Source: Octopus vulgaris | Lineage: Eukaryota | Assembly (NCBI GenBank): GCA_951406725.2 | Contig: OX597816.1 | Coordinates: forward strand, 5,146,001 to 5,210,000 | Reading direction: 5' to 3' | Length of the DNA: 64,000 nt | In this document: positions 38,766-51,895 of the stretch, one piece after another | Layout: each line of letters starts with the position of its first letter | Position numbering within the stretch: the first letter of the stretch is position 1 | Position numbers and translations under genes: made by a program | The notes under the pieces: generated by a model | The model's database searches: none | What the model saw: only the letters and a program-made list of their open reading frames with translations | What the model was told of the DNA's origin: nothing

Positions 38766-40304
38766 TACTCACACACATTATGTATAACATTGTATTGATA
38801 TATTTATGTTCATACATACATATAAGAGAATCTTTTTGGCATTAATATTAGTACTGCTTTAGTTACAAATAATAATGACTACTTTTACCGTCCAACAAAA
38901 CAAATGATCAAAATGTATGATGAAAATTAAGATACTCCTAATATGGTGATATTAATGCTCAGTTTTATGGAATCTTTATGGTTAATCATAAAACTACCAG
39001 ATCAATTTGAGCAGCAATTTTTATCAATTTCTCTGGAATTGAAACTTTGCCAATAAATTTTTAAACTCCTAATTATGTAATTTATTAAATGAATGACAAA
39101 AGTTTCTTTCAACTTAAAATTGTATTACAATTTACCCTCTTTAACTTAAAATTTGACATATAAGTACATGTATAACGAAATGGTTAACAAGTACATTTTG
39201 CATCTAAATAACTGCAGGTTTCATCCTTAATTTGGCAGTTTTAGTAATTGTGTTCAGCTCTAGCATTAGAATGATGAATATCTTCTGATTGAAGCTCATA
39301 AATATAATATTTCTGCCATTGTATTTGTATTAACAGCCCCATATATATATATATAATTATGTAAGTGGTAAAGGAGAAATATGTAGGAATTTTCTCAAGG
39401 TCAAAATCGGAAATTGTTTTTGTTATCTACATTCCAAAGATAAAGCTTTGTACTTTTGCTAGAAACCAATTCCTTCCTTACAGGAAAATTTCAAATAACT
39501 AAAATTGGAAGAGAACGGACAGGCTGCAATTCATCTCTGGTTCTTACGAATGCACAGTCTGTGCATACCCGCAAATAGCTTGCATGTTATATGCATATAA
39601 GTCGTGGACTGGTGAAATGATTCATTTCCAATCCTGTTCAGATACGTGATGTTAATAAGTCAGAAAAATGGGAAAAACATTGATATCCATCACCCCTAGA
39701 TGGGTTTAGAGATGCGTTGTATCACCTGCCCATGACTTTCAGGTGTCTTCAGACTGAAGGCTTTGAGAGAGTATTCTCCATCTGCCAAAATGCAGCTTAC
39801 CAGCAAATGAATGAGCCATGTGGTTAGAGCGTTGAGCTTATGATCGTGAGGTTGTGAGTTTGATTCCCAGATGGGGCTGCGTGTTGTGTTCTTGAGCAAG
39901 ACACTTTATTTCACGTTACTCTAGTTCACTCAGCTATAGAAATGAGTTGCAACGTCACTGATGCCAAGCTGTATCACCCTTTGCCTTTCCCTTGGATAAC
40001 ATGGGTGGCATAGAGAGGGGGAGGCTGGTATGCATGGGCAATTGCTGGTCTTCCATAAACAATCTTTCTTGGACTTGTGCCTCAGAGGGCAAGGAACTCT
40101 CTAGGTGCAATCCCAGGGTCATTCATGACGGAAAGGGGTGTCAATGTGGGTGATAAGGTTTTTTACAATTGTACTGTTTTTAAAATTACAGAACATATAT
40201 AAATATATAATTTTGCATTTTAAATACTTTTGATGGAAAATCATCAGGGTGTACAAAGGAAAATAGGATTACATTAGGATACATTTAATCATGTGTCTAT
40301 ATAT

Positions 40305-40656
40305 TCTTTTCTTCTTTTCCTTGTTTCAGTTATTCTGATTGCAGCCATTTTAGTCTAACAAATCGACCCCTGGACATATTCTTTGTAAACCTAGTACTTA
40401 TTTTATTAGTCTCTGTTACCAAACCGATAAGTTACGGGGATGTAAACACACGAGCATCAGTTGTCAAGCAATGGTGGCAGGGACAAACACAGAAACATAA
40501 ACATATACACATATTGCTCCCTGTTTATTTCTGTGTTCCTTTCTGTCGAAGAGCATAGGCTCGAAACATAAAAGACTTCTCACTTCCCTAGCATTAAACT
40601 AATACATCTGTTTGTCGTTTACACACCCGTCTTCGTCTTTTGTTTTTAGTAAATTT

Positions 40657-40704
<48 letters not shown>

Positions 40705-40900
40705 CATGCCAGCATGGAAGGCAGACATTAAATGACAATAGGCTTCTTTCAGTTTCCAGCTACAACATCTACCCACAAGACTTTGGTTGGCCCTAAGCAA
40801 TAGTAGAGGACACTTGTCCAAGGTGCCATGCAGTGGGAGTGAACTCAGAATCGTGTGGTTGGGAAGCAAGCTTTTTACCACACAGCCACACCTGTGCCTA
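40305..40900 (-). mobile_element. SINE family B with family G element (40515-40660) and a short RTE tail nested in its internal microsatellite
   Basis: B 3' half at 40305-40510, B head at 40740-40900. Confidence 0.8.
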
Positions 40901-42232
40901 TATATATATATATATATATTTATTGCCTATATATACATATACACATATATATATATACATATGTACATACACACACACAGTCAGATTAGTTACTGGATTC
41001 GTCAGAATCTAGATATATCAACAAGTGGAACACCAGGATTGGCTGAGTATCGCAAAAGTGAGCTCACAGTAAGATAAATATATATATATACATACAAATA
41101 TATAAATATATTTGTATATATATGTATATATGTATGTATGTATATGTATATATATATATATATATATGTGCATGCATATGTATATTTATATGTATATATA
41201 TATATACACACACACACATACATATACATACACACACACAAACACACATGTATATATACAGATGCATACACACACGGTACAAATATGAATGATTTTTGCT
41301 TCACTTCTTTAAGAACCGGCAACTTCCTTCTCACCTTTGCCACACCATTTTCCTATCTTCTCTCAAGTCTTTTCTGTCTTTGTGCACCATTGTTATTGTT
41401 CTTCTTCTTCTACTTAATGGTCTTAGATTTTTGAAACGTATTTTCCACGCCACCCCTCCTTTTTTTTTTCTCTCTCTCTCTCTCCCACGCTTTTCTCATT
41501 CTCTCTTTCTTTATCTACTTCTCTCTTTCTTCAGTTCTGAACAATTTATGCATCAGGTTTCAAGTAAATTGACTGTGAAGTTACCTGAAGAAATGGAATG
41601 TGTTTATTGATTCAGCTTCTCTTAAGCAAACCGTGTGTGCACACCTGTGTGTGCATGCATGTGTGTGCGTGTGTGTGTGTGCTGGAGCATGATCCAATGC
41701 ATGCCTGTGTGTGAGATGCTGAAGAATTAGAGAACGCAGAGTGTGAATCGTTTGTCACTGATGCTGCGGAGGAAAACGAAATAAATTATATGGAAACAAA
41801 TAAAATAAAATCATAAATAAAACAACATAATAAAAAAAAAATACAATAATAAATATAAAAATAATTGTGAAATTGCAGAAATTGCCACACGTTGATGCAT
41901 TTGTCGCCCACCTTTATTGCAGTGTGCAGCAGAAATAAATGAAAAAATGCATTATGGTGTGTATAGCTATATTCTGGTTTTTTCGTTCCCTTCATCTACA
42001 GGTTTTGAAAAGGTGGGACAAGTTTTGGTGTGAATTGGGTCTGTGAAACGGGTTCAATTCCTGGATGAACTACTTCTAGTTGTTTTCACTTAGTTCCTCA
42101 TAGCCCTGAATATGATGTCTAGTTTAAGTGCAAACACTTGCAATAAGGAGTGCAGCCCTCTGGTGGGGGGATAAACACAGGCACACAAATATATACATAC
42201 ATACATACATACATATATATATAAAAAAAATA

Positions 42233-42475
42233 AACGGGCCCTTTTTAAACCCTAGCCAGGCTCATGGGCCCAGTTTCCTGGCTTCTATGGCGTATGTGTT
42301 CCCCAGCTGGATGGGACGCCAGTCCATCACGGCGTTACTCATTTTTGCCAGCTGGAGCAATGTGAAATGAAGTGTTTTGCTCAAGAACACAACGTGACAC
42401 CCGGTCCAGGAATCGAAACCACAATCTTACGATCGGGATGCTGACACCCTAACCACTAAGCCACACACCTCCACA
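42233..42475 (-). mobile_element. SINE with E-type head and a third tail type (diverged relative at 28720-28930), nested in a SINE B remnant
   Basis: Minus-strand TGGCTTAGTGGTTAGGG..GGTTTCGATTCC; tail GATGGACTGGCGTCCCATCCAG. Confidence 0.8.
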
Positions 42476-42496
42476 CACACACACACACACACACAT

Positions 42497-42530
<34 letters not shown>

Positions 42531-42537
42531 GTATATA

Positions 42538-42612
<75 letters not shown>

Positions 42613-43154
42613 CAGGCATCTTTCAGTTTCTGTGTAACAAATCCACTCTCAAGGCTTTGGTTGGTCCAAGGCTATAGTAGAAGACACTAGCCCAAGATGT
42701 CACACAGTGGGACTGAACCCAGAACAATGCTTCTTACCACACAACCACACCTGTAGCTAGAGAGAGAGAGAGAGAGCACCTGATGAGTACCTGTATTCTA
42801 AGCATTGTGCATTCCTGTGCAGTCGACTTCATATTCTGCATTAATTCTCAGAAAGAGATGCTCCACAACATGTTGATTTGCTCTGAGACACAGCATCGAA
42901 CAAAATTGTAGAGTTTTGCCCAATAATCTAATAAATTCCTTCTGGAACACTTTCGAATAAAGTATAAGATGCAGACGTGGCTGCATGGTGAAGGAACTTG
43001 CTTTTGAACTGCTTGCTTCTGAGTTCAGTCCCACTGCACTCTATCTTGGGAAAATATCTTTTGCTGTAGCCCCAGGTTGACCAAAGCATTGTGAGTGAAT
43101 TTGGGACAGACAGGAACTAGGAAAAGCTCATTGTATAAATATATATAAATATAT

Positions 43155-43319
43155 AGCACAGGAGTGGCTGTGTGGTAAGTAGCTTGCTTACCAACCACAT
43201 GGTTCCGGGTTCAGTCCCACTGCGTGGCATCTTGGGCAAGTGTCTTCTACTATAGCCTCGGGCCGACCAATGCTTTGTGAGTGGATTTGGTAGACGAAAA
43301 CTGAAAGAAGCCTGTCGTA

Positions 43320-43356
<37 letters not shown>

Positions 43357-43550
43357 CTGTGTTTGTCCCCCTAGCATCGCTTAACAACCGATGCTGGTGT
43401 GTTTACGTCCCCGTCACTTAGCGGTTCGGCAAAAGAGACCGATAGAATAAGTATTGGGCTTACAAAGAATAAGTCCCGGGGTCGATTTGTTCGACTAAAG
43501 GCAGTGCTCCAGCATGGCCGTAGTCAAATGACTGAAACAAGTAAAAGATA
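43155..43550 (+). mobile_element. SINE family B, full-length reference copy
   Basis: tRNA head, CORE-like CTTGGGCAAG, internal (TA)n(TG)n, tail ..GACTGAAACAAGTAAAAGA. Confidence 0.92.
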
Positions 43551-43641
43551 TAGAAGATATATAAAAGATACATGAATTTTTTGCGTAATGAGATAAAAAA
43601 AACCAAGGCTGTATAGATATTAGAGCATTTATAGATAGAAG

Positions 43642-43696
43642 GTCTTACAGCTGATTCTAGAATATTAATTAATAATAATATCCCTTCATCGGAGAC
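43642..43696 (-). ncRNA. Decayed minimal hammerhead in a TA-flanked element (about 43560-43890)
   Basis: GUCU-CCGAUGA-A-GGGAUAUU..AAUAUUCU-A-GAAUC-AGCU-GUA-AGAC; GAAAC changed to GAAUC. Confidence 0.55.
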
Positions 43697-44914
43697 AATG
43701 TGAGATGAAAAGTTAAGTCATAGTTAGTTTCGCTAACATAGAACCAACGTTGAACCCTTTATTCGCAAAATTACCGAATCTGGAACTTAACTATGGTCTG
43801 TCTATAGCACTTGTTCAGCATTACCTGACACCTTTGGGTCTCAATGACACCATTACCTCTTATAACCTCAACTTCTCACTATGTATAAATATATATATGT
43901 ATGTTAGTTTCATCTGTGGTGGTGTTAGTTTCGGTCATAATCGTGTTAGCGAGATTCCATGAGGTGTAGATGGGTATTTTAAAATCTGTTCAGAGTAATG
44001 CTATGTTGGTGAGTGAAAGGTGTTTCCATAATCAATTATTGGAGAAATAAACCAGTTACCGAGTTAGGCTGGAGAAGTTGGCATATTCCTAGAGGAAGGC
44101 TTTCAAAATGGACTTCTTAAATGGTCCTTTGCACCTACATGTCTAATGTTGATGGTATATATATGTATGTTGCATGTGTGTGAATTGGTACCTCCTTGTC
44201 TTTACATTGTACAACTGTTGTAAACAAGTGTCACCATCCTACAAGCAGTGTCATTCATTTTTAGTCTTCTGTGAAAATATTTTCTGGCTATGAGGCTATA
44301 CTACTTTGCATGAAGGTAGGTGAGGATTGGCAACAGAAAGGCCATCCTGGTATAGAATATTTGCCTCAACAAATTTAATCTCACTCATGCAGGGATGGAA
44401 AAATGGACATTAAATCAATGATGATGATATCATTTAATAGATGTTATTATTGGTATAATGAAAGCTGTTGAATGACAGATATTACAAGGCATTGCTTAAA
44501 TTTTTGTGAGCCTTTGGTTCCATATTCTGGGTGTTCAGATCCCACTATAGTAAGCCTTCTTGTCTTAATAAAATAAGACCCAGTCATGTGCAGGAATCTG
44601 ACTGGTTACATCTGTCCCAAACTTTATGACATTGTGCCATTTAAGAAACCACTATTGATATTGTAAGTGCCCTGTCTGTGGGGACAGGCAATACATCAGT
44701 TTGTTGATCTGTGATGTGGAATAATCAGTCTGGTATCTCACTGTTCTAGTATGAAATCATTATAGAAATGGATTTGACCTTTTATCTACCAAGATACAAT
44801 AAAATCCAGTCACTGAATCTTAAATCCAAATTCACTTGGGCAACAAAACAGTTTTCTTCTTTCAACATAAGTGAATTTGAACTTAACATTTAAAGACAAC
44901 AAACCTATTATGTG

Positions 44915-45150
44915 TATTTCTTTACTACCCACAAGGGGCTAAACATAGAGGGGACAAACAAGGACAGACAAAACGGATTAAGCCGATTACATCGACCCCA
45001 GTGTGTAACTAATACTTAATTTATCAAACCCTGAAAGGATGAAAGGCAAAGTCGACCTCAGCAGAATTTGAACTCAGAACGTAATGGCAGATGAAATACG
45101 GCTACGCATTTCACCCGGTGTGCTACCGTTTCCCCCAGCTCGCCGCCTGG
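44915..45150 (-). mobile_element. SINE family A1
   Basis: TSD CAACAAACCTATTAT on both sides. Confidence 0.9.
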
Positions 45151-45685
45151 CAACAAACCTATTATATAACCACACTCACCAACAGGATATTTATTACAAA
45201 CAAAGAGACAGGGTTTCATACTGTTGTATACTACCAAGTTCAATACTCTGCCTTACTTTTTGTGTTAACAGAGTGATATTCTCATTTTTAAAGGATACCC
45301 TATAGAAAAATCTATAGTTTATCACTTCATAACTGCATTTCATGTATTAATCCTCGTATAGACTCACCCAGTAGAGATAAGATGGTGAAGTAGATCGGGT
45401 ACTGGGTAATTAGCTTATATATCTTCCATTTAATTGGACTGCGACATTTCATTTTGGAATTTGAGTTAATACAGTAAATTTTACATGTCTACTTTTGTGG
45501 ATGGGCTTAGATATCAGATCATATAAAAGAAATGCTATCTTCATTCAGCTAATATTCTGTCTAGGAATGAATAATGTATCTTAGCCACTTGATGTTTAAA
45601 ACAGAGAAAAGGACACTGACGGAACCATAGAAAGTTAAATGTCGTTTGTCAAACACCAAAGAAGAGTTATAAACTGTTTACCTTT

Positions 45686-45890
45686 TCAGTTCTATGTTTA
45701 AGAGATGAGGAATTATGTACATTATTTACATTATTTACATTTGACGGATATTTCCCCTCATCTTGTTTGTTGTTAACACAACATTTCGACTGATATACCC
45801 TCCAGCCTTCTTCAGGTATCTTGGGGAAATTTCGAACCTGGATTATCACTGCTAAAGTATTTTTTGAAGTTATTATTACTATTATTATTA

Positions 45891-45924
<34 letters not shown>

Positions 45925-46399
45925 CGTCAGAGCTTGGAATCGAACTTGGAATCTTGGGGTTAGTAGTCTGCGCTCTTAACCACTATGCCATATACCCACA
46001 GGCATACGTCATTGTGGTTAAGAGTGCGAGTTACTAACCCCAACATTCTGAGTTTGATTCCAGGCAGTGACCTGAATAATAATAATAACATCGAAAAATA
46101 CCTTTGGAATGAGAACCCAGGTTCGAAATTTCCCCAATGCACTTGATGAAGGCTGGAGGGTATATCAGCCGAAACATTGTGTTAACAGTAACAAGATGAG
46201 GACAAATATCCGTCAAATTAATCTTTATTCTCTTTTACACTTTTACTTGTTTCAGCCATTTGACTGTGGCTATGCTGGAGCACTGCCTTTAGTCGAGCAA
46301 ATCGACCCCAGGACTTATTCTTTGTAAGCCTATCAGTCTCTTTTGCTGAACCACTAAGTTATGGGGACGTAAACACACCAGCATCGGTTGTCAAGTGAC

Positions 46400-46456
<57 letters not shown>

Positions 46457-46640
46457 TTATATGACAGGCTTCTTTTAGTTTCAGTCTACCAAATCCACTC
46501 ACAAGGCTTTGGTCGGCCCAAGGCTATAGTAGAAGACACTTGCCCAAGGTGTCATGCAGTGGGATTGAACCCGGAACCATGTGGTTCGTAAGCAAGTACT
46601 TACCACACAGCCACTCCTACGCCTATAATGTAAATAATGT
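45686..46640. mobile_element. Family D palindromic hammerhead element, copy 2 (most complete); SINE B inserted at 46222-46626
   Basis: Symmetry axis near 45998; divergent tRNA-like heads 45922-45992 (-) and 46002-46075 (+); (TAA)n; HHR motifs 45775-45820 (-) and 46138-46183 (+). Confidence 0.88.
45922..46075. promoter_or_regulatory. Back-to-back type 2 Pol III promoter-like tRNA heads
   Basis: Minus strand A box TGGCATAGTGG and B box GTTCGATTCC; plus-strand copy diverged (GTTTGATTCC). Confidence 0.65.
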
Positions 46641-48780
46641 GTTTATCCTTTGACCAGAAATGTACACAGAAATATAACCCAGTCATACAGGTACAACAGA
46701 AAACAGTGTCCCATGTATTATACGGATATTGGTGTGGCACCAGTGAAGTTAGGCAGTGGGTAATGGTGTTTTGATGTTGCCAATGTTTTGTTCATTTTCC
46801 AGTTAGAATCATGGTTTAGTTTGAACTTGTGCATATCAAGCATTTGCTATTGAAATGTTTGTCAGCCTATCAAGCATGACTGATTTTTCTGCCACAAACT
46901 CTGTAGATTCAGTCACCTGTAACATTTCTTATTAATTTCAATCTCTTCTGCACAGAAATTAATTTTATCTTTAAAATTAGTTTCAAACAAAAATAGTCTC
47001 AATAATATATATTTAATTATCTATAAAAAAATACATATCACAAAAAGCTAGTTTTATGTTCATTGAAATAAAAATAGATTTTTATATTTAAAAATTGTTT
47101 TTCTTCTTCTTCTTGTGTGAGGTTTTCTTTGACAAAGATTAAATTTTAAAATGAACAGAACGTCATTCAAATTCAAACTCGTAATGTTCTTCCTCCGATG
47201 TTCATTCACCATGACAAATAACCATGTAGAATTTATTATTTTACCTTTGATAATATATAATTATTTTTAACTTTATCTCATCTTCTAAGATGTTGATAAC
47301 AGAAATGGTTTCTCATGCTGAGGAATTAATTTGAATTCATTGCTCTCCGTGTCTTGATAACTCACCAATAAATACAGGATATTGTTCAAACTATATACTA
47401 ATAATTGATTGTAATTAGCCAGAGGAAAATCGCAATTAACTTTCCATGAGATTTCAAATACATTATTCATGTTATGCAGTCAAAAGTGAGTTGGAGGAGA
47501 ACAACATCAAATAGTATTTTCGTAAATTATATTATTGATATACAAGTAAAATGTTTGAGACCATTATTGAGTTCAAATTTGGTGCAAGAATTTGATTCTT
47601 TCTGGCTCTGGCCTATGCTCTTCAAACAAATGTGTCTCTCACCTACTTATTGGGGACAAATGCTACTTATATCTTGTGATTGACCAGCTTATTATCTGAT
47701 GACAGATTTATTTCTGAAAGCTATAAAATCCGTGGTTAAGCACCAGGTTTACAAGATTTCAAATTCTTAGGAGATATTTCCTTGTTTGGTTTATTTCAAT
47801 TATATTTTACTTATTCTATTTTCTACGTTTATCTGCTTAATACATGAGCAGAATATGAGAAATCCCATCAGATGAGTGTATAAGAAGAAAAACACAGAAG
47901 AGTTTAGTCTTCAAGTTGAAGAATCCTGAACTCACATCAAATCCTCGTTTCCTCCTCCGTTTGCATAGTGGATAAGGCATTAAGCTTGTTTTGCCATTTT
48001 TATGTGGCAGCAGAGGAGATGTGAACAGAGATAATGAGAGAGCAGTGATTCAGTACCACACACACAGGGAATTGGCAAATATTTCAGTGGATTATTGTGT
48101 CAAGGCAGAGTCACATAAGAATCTCATAAAATAGCCTTAAATTCCAGGAAAGATGCTCATCGTTTACTCTTTCGTTTTTACCATCTTAACAATGGAATTC
48201 ATTTCTTGCTTTCTTTTTTTTTTTCTTTTTTTTTTCTTGGTAAAGATTATTAGTTTCATATTGAATTCTAACCCTTTCAAGTCATTTTGCAAAAAGTATC
48301 CAAACAATAAAGAACGGTCAGTCTTGATGGTAGCATATCTTTGATGATGAATTGATCATGGATAGAGAAGAATAGGAAGGAAGATATTGGAGATGTCTGA
48401 TTTGAGTGGAATGGTAGCGTAAGAAATGGAAGAAATAATCCTGGCAAACAAAAGGCTATTATTAAATAAAAAAATAAAAAATCTGGAATGAAAAATAAAT
48501 CATAAACCTCGAGGATAAGTAAAGAGGAGGAGACGGAGAAGATAAAATATGCACAATGGATGATGGAGATATTGATGAACAATAAATAAGGATGGATTTC
48601 AATCAATATTTTGAAAGAAGTTCATAGCTGCTGACTTGAAACAATCAGTTGTGGGAGTGGACAAAATACCACGAGGTATATTTGCTACGTTTCTTTAGGT
48701 CCCAAGTTCAAATTGTCTACAGGTTTAGTTTCCGCTCACCCCCGATTAATCCACTGAAGGTCAACAAGATTAGTATTATT

Positions 48781-50020
48781 TACATTTGATGGATATTTGT
48801 CCTCATCTTGTTTGTTGTTAACAACCTTTTGGCTGATATATTCTCCAGTCTTCATCAGGTGTCTTAGGGGAAATTTCGAACTTGGGTTCTCATTCCTAAG
48901 GTATTTTTCGTTGTTAGCATTATTATCATCATCATCATCATCATCGTTTAACGTCCGTTCTCCATGCTAGCATGGGTTGGACGGTTCGACCGGGGATCTG
49001 GGAAGCCAGAAGGCTGCACCAGGCTCCAGTCTTATCTGGCAGTGTTTCTACAGCTGGATGCCCTTCCTAACGCCAACCACTCCGTGAGTGTAGTGGGTGC
49101 TTTTTACGTGCCACCTGCACAGGTGCCAGGCGAGGCTGGCAACGGCCACGGTCGGATTGGTGTATTTTATGTGCCACCGGCACGGAAGCCAGATGAGGCG
49201 GTGCTGGCATCGGCCACGAGTCGGATGGTGCTTTTTACGTACCACCAGACCAGGGATCCTGGCTGGTTCAATTCGATTTCGATTTCGCTTGCCCCAACAT
49301 GTCTTCGCAAGCAAGGGGGTTGGCATGGGTGCCTGTTGTACGGTCAGATTGGTGTATTTTACGTGCCACCGGCACGGAAGCCAGTGGAGGCGGCGCTGGC
49401 ATCGGCCACGAGTCGGAGAGTGCTTTTTACGTACCACCAGACCAGGGAACCTGGCTGGTTCAATTCGATTTCGCTTGCCCCAACATGTCTTCGCAAGCAA
49501 AGGGGTTGGCATGGGTGCCTGTCGTACGGTCAAATTGGTGTATTTTACGTGCCAACGGCACGGAAGCCAGTGGAGGCGGCGCTGGCATCGGCCACGAGTC
49601 GGATAGTGCTTTTTACGTACCACCAGACCAGGGATCCTGGCTGGTTCAATTCGATTTTGACTTCGATTTCGATTTCGCTTGCCCCAACATGTCTTCGCAA
49701 GCAAAGGGGGTTGGCATGGGTGCCTGTCGTCGGATGAGGTTCTATATCGACTTCGCTTGCCTCAACAGGTCTTTGTGTCCAAGGGAGGAAAGGCATTCAT
49801 AAGTGGGCTGGGCTCACTTGTCCTGCCTGGTCTTCTCACGTACAGAATATTTCCAAAGGTCTCGGTCGCTGGTCATTTCCTCAGTTCGAAGGTCGTGCTT
49901 CACCACCTCATCCCAGGTTTTCCTGGGTCTACCTCTTCCACAGGTTCCCTCAACTGCTAAGGATTGGCACTTTCTCACACACCTATCTTCATCCATTCTT
50001 CATCCATTATTATTATTATA

Positions 50021-50063
<43 letters not shown>

Positions 50064-50267
50064 GTTATTATTATTATTATTCAGGTCACCTACCTGGAAT
50101 TGAACTCAATTCAGCTAGAAATTTCCCCAAGACACCTGATGAACGCTGGAGGTTATATCAGCCGAAACATTGTGTTAACAACAAACAAGATGAAGACAAA
50201 TATCCATCAAATGTAAATAATGTAAATAATGTACATAATTCCTCATCTCTTAAATATAGAACTGTAT
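48781..50267. mobile_element. Family D palindromic hammerhead element, copy 3, interrupted by an RTE LINE
   Basis: TSD CAAGATTAGTATTATT at 48765-48780 and 50268-50283; remnant tRNA head 50081-50107; HHR 50131-50176. Confidence 0.85.
48925..50003 (-). mobile_element. 5'-truncated RTE-clade LINE: ORF C-terminus, long 3' UTR with three about 190-bp tandem units, (GAT)n tail
   Basis: 49814-49996 encodes VEGTCGRGRPRKTWDEVVKHDL..DRDLW, the RTE C-terminal signature. Confidence 0.9.
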
Positions 50268-51240
50268 CAAGATTAGTATTATTATCCAAAATAAGTATTA
50301 TCCAAGGATTGTGGTTCATGGTATCAAATAAATTCAACAAGGCACGGGGGTAGCTGTGTGGTTAGAAGCTTGCTTCCTAATTGCATGACTCTAGGATCAG
50401 ATCCATTGCATGGCACACATTGGGCAAGCTTCTCACCACACAGCTACCCCCGTGCCTTATTGAATTTTCAATCACAACTTAGAGGAACATAAGTAACATT
50501 TGTCCAGTAATCTTGGGACTCTGTCATCAGCTGCTCTTAGTAAGGTAAACTAATTTTGAAATATATTTTAGAACATGTGTATAACCTATTTTTGCATGTG
50601 GGGGAGAGATACAATTTGGTTATCACTCATATTCATTTAATTCTAAACATTGTTAATATCAAAGTAAAGTGAATATTTGTGTTTAATATTAATTAGATGA
50701 GGTTATAAATTGGCAGCAAATTATTGTTTTAATTCTAAAATATGGAAGAAACATCTATAAATTAGAATTATACGTTATGGTATAAAAGGAATGATATATT
50801 AGGAAATTTTACAGTTAATCATTAAACAGAAAACACCTGTTACCAATTAAAATTCTATTGTTATTGTTGTTGTTGTTGTTGTTGTTGTTTTGATTCTTTT
50901 TTTTCCAACTCTTTCTCAAAGAATAATGTTTTATGTGAAGAATCGTTCTAATTAGTGCCAGAGGCTTAATAATATTTCTTCCACGAAATATCAGGCCCCT
51001 CTGAATTCAATGTCTGTAGAATTGACGGAAAGACAAATGTACTCTTCTCAGATGAAACTCTGTATTCTTCTTAGATAAACCCCCAGTATAATACTGGTAC
51101 TTTCCTACAAGTGGTTCTGAACTCAATATTTCAGACATGCAAATGTCGATTTGACTGTCTTTTCACTAATTATAGAATAATACGACATTGCCCCGTGTGA
51201 TCTTCATTGGAAGAAGGATTAACATACTATTAGCATAATA

Positions 51241-51895
51241 GGTGTGGGAGTGGCTGTGTGGTAAGTAGCTTGCTTACCAACCACATGGTTCCGGGTTAAG
51301 TCCCACTGTGTGGCACCTTGGGCAAGTGTCTTCTACTATTGCCTCGGGCTGACCAAAGCCTTGTGAGTGGATTTGGTAGACGGAAACTGAAAGAAGCCCA
51401 TCGTACATATATATATATCATCATCATCATTTAACATCCGCTTTCCATGCTAGCATGGGTTGGACGATTTGACTGAGGGTTGGTGAACCAGATGGCTGCA
51501 CCAGGCTCCAATCTGATCTGGCAGAGTTTCTACAGCTGGATGCCCTTCCTAACGCCAACCACTCCGAGAGTGTAGTGGGTGCTTTTAAAGTGCCACCACC
51601 ACAAGGGCCAGTCAGGTGGTACTGGCAACAGGCACACTCGAAAATGGTATTTTTTACGTGTCACCTGCACAGGAGTCAGTCCAGTGGCACTGGCAACAAC
51701 CTCGCTCGAATGTTTTGTTCACATGCCACCGGCACAAGTGCCAGTGAGGTGACGCTGACAATGATCACGCTCAAATGGTTCTCTTTATGTGCCAGACAGC
51801 TGTTCTGGCAGTGATCCTGCTTGGATGGAGCTGTTAGCACTCCACTAGCATGGGTGCCAGTCATCGAATGTGGTTCAATTTCGATTTCGATGTCT
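51241..51895. mobile_element. SINE B head (51241-51405, +) followed by RTE 3' UTR (51419-51895, -)
   Basis: Family homology. Confidence 0.85.

Noticed and set aside
40981-41010. CUGACGA on the minus strand in a TA-flanked segment
   Set aside because: No stem II closure or GAAA downstream
45922-45992. Functional tRNA gene
   Set aside because: A and B boxes are present but acceptor and T stems do not close; it is part of a repeat
48964-49737. 257-aa ORF and overlapping ORFs as a gene
   Set aside because: They lie in the tandem 3' UTR of an RTE element; the repeated peptides mirror the DNA repeat
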